Assembly (NCBI GenBank): GCA_035564035.1
Contig: DATMTU010000156.1
Span: 1 to 54,764 of the forward strand
Length of the DNA: 54,764 nucleotides
From: Dongiaceae bacterium
GTDB taxonomy: Bacteria > Patescibacteriota > Saccharimonadia > Saccharimonadales > Saccharimonadaceae
Direction of reading: 5' to 3'
Both the position numbers and the translations under genes were made by a program. A model generated the notes under the pieces. It ran no database searches, was not told the DNA's origin, and was given only the letters and a program-made list of their open reading frames with translations. This document shows, piece after piece, positions 1 through 8,016 of this stretch. The stretch's first letter is position 1. Every line of letters starts with the position of its first letter.

Positions 1-61
1 GCAAAAGCTAATTTTATGCCATCCTATTTAGGATGTATTCCATAGAAAAGGCTTCCCTGCT

Positions 62-3000
62 ATGAATAGCAAATACCGTGGCAATCCGGTGCTGGGTGTC
101 GATAGCGACGCCATCATTGACCAGTTCGTCCAGTTCCTGACTAGCTCCGATACTTCCGTAGCTGTGACGGATGCCAATGGAAATGTATTTAACGTTGATA
201 CTCTTTCGCAGATTGCAGCAGGTACCATGGCACCTTCTGCGATTGTGGCTATCAACGAAAATGTTGATATCGCTCTCGCTACATCAGAAGCCGTATCGGG
301 TCAATTATCAGCGATTAGCGGTAACGTTGCCGAAGTGAGTGGCGCTGCTGCTGGCGCGAGCTCCTATGCGGGCTCGGCGATGGCTCAGGCTAATAAGGCT
401 GAGTCGGATGCTCAGGGTGCGAGCGGCTACGCTAACTCTGCGTACGTCGCAGCTGGTAGCGCTATGAGCGCTGCGCAAAGCGCATCTTCGTATGCAGGTT
501 CAGCTTATGAAAAAGCCAATCAAGCGGATGCGGACGCGCTAGGCGCGTCTGGTTATGCCGCCTCGGCTTACGCATTAGCTGCCAGTGCAATGAGTGTCGC
601 TGAAGCCGCTTCGGGTGGCGGCGGTGGTAGTCTATCGTTGCCCTTAAAGCCAGCTAATAACACAGCTTTAGCTGAATACCCATCAGGCGCCTACATTACT
701 TCGGATGCTACTGGTGAGAGTATCCTTACCTCCAGTTTGGAAGTGAGCGGTAATATCACTATTCCTTTTGGTAACACCATAGGTTGGAGTACTAACGGAT
801 CTGGCGGTGCTACTGTTAGTACTTCTTCTGACGGTACGACGTTGATTATCAACGCACCCGCAGCATCGACGAGAATTTTGACGCTTGAGCTTGGCGGTGC
901 AACAGAAGCGTGGTTTGGCCCTGACGGTACTTACAGCACCGAGGGTTACATCACCTTCGTTGGTTACAAGAATAAGTCGATTACGACCTCTGCGGGAAAC
1001 CTGGTATTCTACAACTCCAGTATGGCCAATGTCTCCAACATGGATGATGGCGGTAATTGGAATGTTAACAGCCTAACTGCTACGGGTAGTGTCGTCGCTG
1101 GAAACAGTAGTTATCTGGCTGGCGGTAGTGTACTTTTTGGTGCAGGCTCTAGTGTAGCTTCTGGCAGTGGTCCGTTGATGTATCAGCCTGATGCATCCGG
1201 CAGTATTGGGTGGCGATCGGGTTTAGGCACCGCAGGTAATCCGTACGAGTACATGTCGTTCTATGGTGGTGGCAATGGTGCCATTACCGGCATGCTCAAG
1301 GTACTTAATGGCGGCTTCTGGGCTAACAAGAACGTACTGACTAATACCACCAGTGGTGTCATCGGCTTCTCTACGGATGGCGGTACGACCATACCGGCAT
1401 GGTTGTCATACAACAATGCCGCTAGTGGAAGTGGCATCCTGGTTAACGGCCAGGGTTCAACAAGTCAGACTGTTGGAGGCGGCGCTGTACTTGAAGTCCT
1501 GAGTACGTCAGCTTTAGCTAGTGGTGCAGGCAGCACGCTACTTATTGCTGAATTTTCGGCGTCGGATATAGGTAGCCTCGACAAGCTCCAAGTGGCTAGT
1601 GCACGTAGTGCTAGTGTATCTGGTAATACATGGACAACAGCTGCTGTTAGGCTTCAGCGCACTGTTGATGCTACACTCATGGGTTACATTCAGTTCGGTG
1701 ACCAGAATGGTGGTGGTGGTAACGGTGGTTTTGGCAATGGGGCGTCCACACCGCATACTACCTGGGATACCGGTGGTAATTGGTGGTTCGGTGGCAGGAT
1801 ATCCACTACTAGTTACATAACGGTTCCTAGTGCCGGTAGTACCATCGGAACTACGGCTTCTACCGCTACAGCACTCAGTGTGGTTTCTTCTGGTTCTACT
1901 ACCGGTTTTACCGTCACTGACGTAGGAAACAATGGCGCCAATATCCTTTTACAAGGGAATGGCGCCACGACACCCAACAAAACTATTCGTGCGCAGAACG
2001 GTACTCTACAAATAACCAATAGTGCCTACAGTGCGGTCATCTTCACCATTGACGATGCAGGTGATGTCACTGTCAAAGCTAATTTGACGGTTAATGGTGG
2101 TACTGCTAACGTAGGTGGTTTATCTGTAGGTAACGGCCAGGGGCAAATTATGCTCCGGGGTAACGGCACCACGAGTACGCTAGACTTCGTGACGGCTAAC
2201 AATAGCGCTTACGCAGCCGGCACCATGCAAGCTACATCCATGGCGTTTAATGTTGGCTACGCCACGTTTAATGCAGGTATTGGTACAAGTGGTGATGTAA
2301 CGATACCGTCTGGCAATCGAGCCCTTGCAGGTGCTTTCCAAAGTACGAATACGACGCTTACGCCGAATACAAATCCACAAACCGCATCTTTCCGTGCTCA
2401 AGGTAACTACGGCGGCGGTTTCGGTATGGTGGATGGTAGTTACGGTTTAGGTTTGTATTCAGTGGCCGGTGCATTGACCATTGGTTTAGGTACAAGTAGT
2501 AGCATCTCACAAGTTGCCCAGATTAATTCAGCAGGTACGCTGTCGCTGAACGGTAACGTGTCATTGGCTAACGGAAATGGGTTGTCGTGGGCATCAGGTT
2601 TTACAGCAGCTGTAGGTAGTGGCGGCGCTACCCTGTCGTTCAACGCGCCTTCCGGTTCTACGGAAATCGTTGGATTCTCACTGAACGGAAGCGCCCAATC
2701 CTACATCGACGGTGGTGGCGGTTTAGTCATCGGCGGTACGGGTGGCATTCGTGCTGGCTACAACTCAGGTGCGAGTAGTTCGGTAGACACTAGCAACTGG
2801 TTCCGTTCATCGGGAAACGTTGGTTGGTATAACGCCACCTACGGTATCGGTATCTACGCGCTCGATACGACCTACGTCAGGACGTATAACAATGCATCCA
2901 TGATGGCTGCCGACTTTGTTTTGTCTTCCGACAGAAGGTTAAAGACAAAGATCCGTCCGTTCGAAATGAAGAGCCGCTTGAAGCCGGTTACCTATTTTCA

Positions 3001-3274
3001 TCTGGAAAAGGGTATCGAGGAAGATGGTTTCCTTAGTCAAGACTTCCAAGACGACTACCCTTCCATGGTGGGTGCCGATCCAAACAACGGGATGCTCAAC
3101 CTGTCCTACAGTCGCACGACGGTTATCTTGGCTGCCCAGGCCAACCGTACCGAAGACGCGTTAGCAGAGCTGCGCAGGGAATTTGAAGCACTCCGCGCAC
3201 GTTATGAAAACACCCTTTGGAACCGGTTCAAGAAGTGGGTGTCTAAACTGTTTCAACCACAGCAAGGTAAGTAA
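62..3274 (+). CDS. Long tail fibre with C-terminal intramolecular chaperone (peptidase S74) domain
   Basis: Ala/Ser-rich repeats (ASGYAxSAY) near the N-terminus, Gly/Ser/Thr-rich body, SNWFRSSGNVGWYN segment typical of distal fibre regions, S74 autocleavage signature SSDRRLKTKI followed by a coiled coil. Confidence 0.9.
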   Translation: MNSKYRGNPVLGVDSDAIIDQFVQFLTSSDTSVAVTDANGNVFNVDTLSQIAAGTMAPSAIVAINENVDIALATSEAVSGQLSAISGNVAEVSGAAAGASSYAGSAMAQANKAESDAQGASGYANSAYVAAGSAMSAAQSASSYAGSAYEKANQADADALGASGYAASAYALAASAMSVAEAASGGGGGSLSLPLKPANNTALAEYPSGAYITSDATGESILTSSLEVSGNITIPFGNTIGWSTNGSGGATVSTSSDGTTLIINAPAASTRILTLELGGATEAWFGPDGTYSTEGYITFVGYKNKSITTSAGNLVFYNSSMANVSNMDDGGNWNVNSLTATGSVVAGNSSYLAGGSVLFGAGSSVASGSGPLMYQPDASGSIGWRSGLGTAGNPYEYMSFYGGGNGAITGMLKVLNGGFWANKNVLTNTTSGVIGFSTDGGTTIPAWLSYNNAASGSGILVNGQGSTSQTVGGGAVLEVLSTSALASGAGSTLLIAEFSASDIGSLDKLQVASARSASVSGNTWTTAAVRLQRTVDATLMGYIQFGDQNGGGGNGGFGNGASTPHTTWDTGGNWWFGGRISTTSYITVPSAGSTIGTTASTATALSVVSSGSTTGFTVTDVGNNGANILLQGNGATTPNKTIRAQNGTLQITNSAYSAVIFTIDDAGDVTVKANLTVNGGTANVGGLSVGNGQGQIMLRGNGTTSTLDFVTANNSAYAAGTMQATSMAFNVGYATFNAGIGTSGDVTIPSGNRALAGAFQSTNTTLTPNTNPQTASFRAQGNYGGGFGMVDGSYGLGLYSVAGALTIGLGTSSSISQVAQINSAGTLSLNGNVSLANGNGLSWASGFTAAVGSGGATLSFNAPSGSTEIVGFSLNGSAQSYIDGGGGLVIGGTGGIRAGYNSGASSSVDTSNWFRSSGNVGWYNATYGIGIYALDTTYVRTYNNASMMAADFVLSSDRRLKTKIRPFEMKSRLKPVTYFHLEKGIEEDGFLSQDFQDDYPSMVGADPNNGMLNLSYSRTTVILAAQANRTEDALAELRREFEALRARYENTLWNRFKKWVSKLFQPQQGK

Positions 3275-3276
3275 CC

Positions 3277-3774
3277 ATGTCTGAGAACTACGACACACTC
3301 GCTGGGGTAGACCCCACCACTAACCCACGGTTTAAGCTGTTACCGAATGGTCAGTACAGCGAACAACTCACCAACCAGGTGCAGCTTTTCTGGGATCCGG
3401 TGACACAGGAAGGCAGAGCATTTTTCAACTCAGCGCCCTACCTGAATATAGGTGGCATCTACAATGCACTTCAAGCTGTTCCAGATGTCCTGATGGTGGA
3501 CTTTCTGGATAAGCTCGGCACCTGCTACGGTAAAGGGTTGCGTGACCCGGTAACCGGTGAGCCGCTCGACGGTATCTCTGTGGCGGGTGTCTCCATCCTG
3601 ATGTCGGCTGCATTTGACACGGAATTTATTGCTCGCGCACTCGCTCTAGCTGCCGCTGCAGCAGCGGCAGGTGATTCGGGTAGTAGTGCAGGATCAGGGG
3701 ATACGTCTTCAGGAGACAGTGGTAGCGGTAGCGGTAACGCCTCTTCAGGTACAACTTCTTCAGGAAGTGGTTAA
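3277..3774 (+). CDS. Hypothetical fibre-associated protein with poly-Ala and Ser/Gly tail
   Basis: 165-aa ORF starting 2 nt after the fibre stop codon and followed by a hairpin. Confidence 0.6.
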   Translation: MSENYDTLAGVDPTTNPRFKLLPNGQYSEQLTNQVQLFWDPVTQEGRAFFNSAPYLNIGGIYNALQAVPDVLMVDFLDKLGTCYGKGLRDPVTGEPLDGISVAGVSILMSAAFDTEFIARALALAAAAAAAGDSGSSAGSGDTSSGDSGSGSGNASSGTTSSGSG

Positions 3775-3786
3775 TACCAGCATAAA

Positions 3787-3816
3787 CAGACTACGGCAGA
3801 AGACTGCCGTAGTCTG
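3787..3816. terminator. Inverted-repeat hairpin (probable terminator)
   Basis: Perfect 13-bp stem CAGACTACGGCAG/CTGCCGTAGTCTG with a 4-nt loop. Confidence 0.65.
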
Positions 3817-3837
3817 CTCATTCCAATTCTCACGTTA

Positions 3838-4689
3838 GTGACCCATCGTGTCACTTACAGTTCTAAGGAGCTTTCGATGGATCGCTATCCACCCTCTGAT
3901 TTTGATACGGCTGTAGATCAACTCCCTAACAAAGTCAAGGGAGTTGAGGTCAATGTCGGTAATCCTGAACCCGGTACACCCGGCAGCATTACTGGTTATA
4001 GCTACGACCGCCTGCTCAACTGCCTACTCTACCTGCAACCCTGGAACGCCTCTATTGCGACGGATCACGTCATGCGTGTGACGGCAAAACAGCGGTTAGA
4101 TACGGGGGCTGAAAGGTACGAGTTTTTAAGCAAACGAATAAGGGATGGGTACAACCTCATACCCGGTCTTCGTATTGAAGATCGACCCGACCAACTGGTC
4201 ATTCTTCCTGCCCCAACGTACCTCTACAACAACCTGGTGAACTTCGCTGCTGTTAAAAGTATCATGACGGATCCTGCAGCTAACGCGCGGATTAAACCGC
4301 ATCCGGATACCGGATCAGATATCCTTTCTGTGTTGGAAGAAGCGTTTCCTGGGAGAATACTTCCTAAGGAAGACATGCTTTACCCGTACGTGAGAGCAGC
4401 GAAGAAGTTGTGGATTACCACCCAGTCGGAAGTAGGCATTGCGGCTATCTTCCATAACAAACCCTTCGGTTTCTTAGACGATGGAGCCTATAAGGGGCCA
4501 ATTCCTTCACTTCGTACTTTTTACAACGGATGCGGTACAAGCCCGGTTCGTATCGGCATGAAGGACAAACTCATTCGTTGTCTGTCGTATCCAGAGTCAG
4601 GTTTGATTCCGGTGGGTACAGGTAACGAAGCAAACGACATTCAGCGATTCTTTACGCAGTATGTCTTGCACCGTCATGTAGGAGAGTGA
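3838..4689 (+). CDS. Putative KpsS/KpsC-like (Capsule_synth, GT-B) glycosyltransferase; start may be ATG 3877
   Basis: RIKPHP motif followed by ITTQSEVGIAAIFHNKP, resembling the KxHP and T-x-x-S-x-x-G-x-x-A-x4-KP motifs of capsule Kdo-transferases; AAGGAG precedes ATG 3877. Confidence 0.5.
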   Translation: MTHRVTYSSKELSMDRYPPSDFDTAVDQLPNKVKGVEVNVGNPEPGTPGSITGYSYDRLLNCLLYLQPWNASIATDHVMRVTAKQRLDTGAERYEFLSKRIRDGYNLIPGLRIEDRPDQLVILPAPTYLYNNLVNFAAVKSIMTDPAANARIKPHPDTGSDILSVLEEAFPGRILPKEDMLYPYVRAAKKLWITTQSEVGIAAIFHNKPFGFLDDGAYKGPIPSLRTFYNGCGTSPVRIGMKDKLIRCLSYPESGLIPVGTGNEANDIQRFFTQYVLHRHVGE

Positions 4690-4690
4690 T

Positions 4691-5671
4691 ATGGGTACGG
4701 TAAGTAACCCCGCTAAACTCTCCTCCATTAAAGCGGCGTGGGCCTCTACGAGCAATAACTTCAGTGCGTATTACCGTGGTGGCAGTATTGTCAACATTGG
4801 TGACAGTGCTAGCATACCCACTGCTGCTGCTGGTATGAAGATGTCGCAGTTCAACGGTGTGGCCGCGCAACACACCACGTCTTGGACTACCTCGTATACG
4901 ACCAGTTGGACGACTTCGTGGACAACTGCTTGGAATTCAAGTCGTACTACCTCGCAGTCTACTTCAACGCCTATGTCACGTGTAACAACGACCAGTTGGA
5001 CGACGAGTTACGTCGTCTGTCTGGAGATTGGTACTCCGATTCTTCTGGCAAACGGCACAGAGATTCCCGTAGAGACTCTCAAAGTAGGGATGGAGGTCTC
5101 ATCACTTGATCTCCCGGGCCTTAAGCCGGAGACGACTGCGCAGGAGTATTGGGGGTACACCACCGCATCGATTCAAGACGCAAAGAGTAAGCCCACGAAA
5201 GTGGCGCACATACTCCAAGACTACGCTTCGTACATGATGGAGATTTGGTTTACTAGCAGAGAGAAACCTTTGCGTGTTACGCCGAGTCACCCTATCTTCA
5301 TTTACGATTCGAAATCGGCTATCTACCGGTTTGTCAAAGCTGAACAGCTAGATAAGCATTGGCACCGCCTTTTGAATAGCAATTTCGAATTGATTCTCAT
5401 CGAAGAAATTGCTGTTTACGAAGGTGAGTTCACGATTTACAAGGTGGACTGCTCTCCTCTGGACGTCTTTTTCCACAACGATGTTCTCGGCCACAACATG
5501 AAGGTTAGCGGTGGTACAAATACGAGCCAAGTGACTTCGGCGAGTACCACCACTAGCTGGACATCGACATGGACAACCAGTTGGGCAACAGCAGTGCCTA
5601 TGTCGAGAACAACGTCGCAGACAACTTCTCAAACAACCTCGAATGTAACATCGATTGTAACCGCTGGTTAA
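4691..5671 (+). CDS. Putative fibre-tip adhesin: attachment domain + TTSW repeats + Hint (intein-like) domain + TTSW/TTSQ repeats
   Basis: N-terminal SAYYRGG...IPT...MSQFNG motif; Hint from C110 (CLEIGTPILLANG) through block B (VTPSHPIF) to HN269; GGAG RBS. Confidence 0.8.
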   Translation: MGTVSNPAKLSSIKAAWASTSNNFSAYYRGGSIVNIGDSASIPTAAAGMKMSQFNGVAAQHTTSWTTSYTTSWTTSWTTAWNSSRTTSQSTSTPMSRVTTTSWTTSYVVCLEIGTPILLANGTEIPVETLKVGMEVSSLDLPGLKPETTAQEYWGYTTASIQDAKSKPTKVAHILQDYASYMMEIWFTSREKPLRVTPSHPIFIYDSKSAIYRFVKAEQLDKHWHRLLNSNFELILIEEIAVYEGEFTIYKVDCSPLDVFFHNDVLGHNMKVSGGTNTSQVTSASTTTSWTSTWTTSWATAVPMSRTTSQTTSQTTSNVTSIVTAG

Positions 5672-5722
5672 TAGTCGGCGCCACTCTTTAGAACGTGTCT
5701 TAGCGAAAAAGGATCCTTCGGC

Positions 5723-8005
5723 ATGGGTAGTAAATACCGTGGTAATGTCACGATCGGGGCAGATAGTGATAACGTAGCCGATCAATTGGTCGACTTTCTT
5801 ACTTCACAAGAACAAACCATCTTCGTTAAGGATAGTGCCGGCTATTCGTACGAGGTGCCGTCCTTAGCGCACGCTACGTCAGGGGCGTCGGATCTTGGAT
5901 CGGGTGGAGGCATTGATCCTTCGGTGATTCTCCAGCTAAACGAGTCTATTAACTCAGCGCAAAGCGCTGCTGAAGGTGCCAGCGGTTACGCGAATTCTGC
6001 TTACGTTAGGGCGGAAGAAGCTTACGCTTTGGCACAGAGCGCTGCATCGAGTGCAGGAACAGGGTCTAGCACACCGATTACCGGTCTTAGTGACCAGGTG
6101 CCAAGAAGGCTTTTGGTGGATACCGGCATTCAGTCGACGGCTTATCTCGGCGACACCGTCAGTGGGTCGTACGGATCCACAGGTGGCGTAGGTGCCACCC
6201 GGTTCTTTACAAACGGCCCTTATCCGCAGGGATTGGCACTTACAGAAGCCGGCGCGCGATCGGGAACCTTCTCAGCCACAGGCGACTACTCGTATCTCAT
6301 CAATGTAGAAGACTCTGTAGGTAACCGTGGTTTCTTCATGGAACGCGTTGGCGTTGGGATGTTGGTGAACGTTTCGGGTACGGCGGGTACCGCCTACAAC
6401 AAACACCAGACCCCATCAGCCACCTACACATCAACAGGTGGCGTGGAGCCTTACACCTACGCGCTATCCGGAACCATCCCACCTGGTATCTCCCTAAATA
6501 GCAATGGCGTCTACGGCGGTTCGTTCACCGCTTCGGGTGACTACAGTTACGAGGTGGTATCGACCGATGCTAACGGGCATTATGGGTACATCGTTGAGAA
6601 CGTGATGATTGCGCCCATTGTCATGACCATTACTAATCCACAAGGTAATGTCATCACAGGTCAGGCGGCAAGCGGATCTTACAACGTTTCGGGTAACGGA
6701 ACAGCTCCGTATAGCTACACTGCTTCCGGTCTGCCTGCCGGAATGACCGTCACCACAGCAGGTGTACGTTCAGGTACGCTGTCAGCATCAGGTAGCTACA
6801 ACGTCACTGTGACATGCACCGATGCGAACAACGAGACGTGTACGCTGGTCGACAGTTTCTTAGTGGGGACGATGCTCCTTACGAGTGAGCCGACAACCGG
6901 TCTTGTGGGGCAGCCATTCAAGTGGACACTTACACCGACAGGTGTATTTGTGGAACCCATTTCCATCAGCGCCATTAGCGGACTCCCGAGTTGGCTTACT
7001 GATTCGGTGAGTGCAAGTAGTGTGGAATTCTCAGGTACACCCACAGCGTCTGGTGAGAGTAGCGTACCGATCACTATCAAAGACTCTGCTGGTCAATCGG
7101 TATCGATCACGTTGACCTTCACGGTGAATCCGGCGAACCTCACTATCACGGGTGCTTACGGCCCTGCTACGCAGAATACCGCAGTAACGGGAGCCTATGT
7201 AGCGAGTGAGGGCACTCCTCCGTACACGTTCAGTATTGCAGGTCCACTGCCTACGGGTATGTCAGTAGACGCGAGCGGAAATCGTTCGGGTACGTTCACA
7301 GCCACTGGTACGTATACCTTCACGGTAGATGCTATTGATTCGTACGGTAGCACCGGTTCGTTGTCGGATACCATTACGGTAAGCGTACCCACCTACGCAG
7401 CGTGGAACCCGGCGGTGGCTAATGCGGAGATTACGGTTAGTAACGGTGTTCACACCAACAGCCTTGCTAGCTACAACACCTCCGGTACCAACCAGGCGAT
7501 GGTCATTACCGATACGTCGTTCTCTACTAAGACGTACGTGGAGTTTGTGCTCAAGGTACCCGCAGGGGCTACAGCTCCGGCTGGTGTGGGCTTCTCGTCA
7601 TCGATTCCGGATGTGCAATACGGCCATAACGTCATTGGTAACACAGGATCTACAGCGGGTATCTACGCACCCTCCGGTACCCTTTACCAAGATTACGGAG
7701 TCTACTCCGTTACACTTGCTAATGACGGTACAACCAACGAGTACCGATTTGGTTTAGCTGTGGATCCGGTAACGGGTGAATGGTGGGCTACGGATAACGG
7801 TACGTCGTGGGTGAATGACCAAGCAGGTACGGCGGGTAATCCGGCTGACCCGACCACTACACTGCCTAAGCCTACCGCAGCCACACCGTCTTACTTCGGT
7901 GGTTCACCGGGTGCTAGCGGAAATACTGTGGAGATTATCAGCGACCCGTCACTGATGAAATGGAATGCACCTGCCGGGTTTACAAAGGGCCTTGTTAAGT
8001 CTTAA
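5723..8005 (+). CDS. Second fibre/appendage protein with tandem Ig-like (He_PIG-type) repeats and C-terminal SPRY/ConA-like domain
   Basis: N-terminus homologous to that of the 62..3274 fibre; repeated GGxxPYTY...LPxG...SGT...GxYxxTV units; C-terminal WNPA...YVEF...GLAVD...PAGF pattern. Confidence 0.8.
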   Translation: MGSKYRGNVTIGADSDNVADQLVDFLTSQEQTIFVKDSAGYSYEVPSLAHATSGASDLGSGGGIDPSVILQLNESINSAQSAAEGASGYANSAYVRAEEAYALAQSAASSAGTGSSTPITGLSDQVPRRLLVDTGIQSTAYLGDTVSGSYGSTGGVGATRFFTNGPYPQGLALTEAGARSGTFSATGDYSYLINVEDSVGNRGFFMERVGVGMLVNVSGTAGTAYNKHQTPSATYTSTGGVEPYTYALSGTIPPGISLNSNGVYGGSFTASGDYSYEVVSTDANGHYGYIVENVMIAPIVMTITNPQGNVITGQAASGSYNVSGNGTAPYSYTASGLPAGMTVTTAGVRSGTLSASGSYNVTVTCTDANNETCTLVDSFLVGTMLLTSEPTTGLVGQPFKWTLTPTGVFVEPISISAISGLPSWLTDSVSASSVEFSGTPTASGESSVPITIKDSAGQSVSITLTFTVNPANLTITGAYGPATQNTAVTGAYVASEGTPPYTFSIAGPLPTGMSVDASGNRSGTFTATGTYTFTVDAIDSYGSTGSLSDTITVSVPTYAAWNPAVANAEITVSNGVHTNSLASYNTSGTNQAMVITDTSFSTKTYVEFVLKVPAGATAPAGVGFSSSIPDVQYGHNVIGNTGSTAGIYAPSGTLYQDYGVYSVTLANDGTTNEYRFGLAVDPVTGEWWATDNGTSWVNDQAGTAGNPADPTTTLPKPTAATPSYFGGSPGASGNTVEIISDPSLMKWNAPAGFTKGLVKS

Positions 8006-8016
8006 AGGAAGTTTCC

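Noticed and set aside
4874..5011. CRISPR array or DGR-type repeat in the TTSW region
   Set aside because: Repeats are codon-degenerate protein repeats with no spacers; no cas or reverse transcriptase gene in the window
5018..5497. Canonical mobile intein
   Set aside because: No homing endonuclease, +1 residue is Met, and the host protein is not a conserved enzyme
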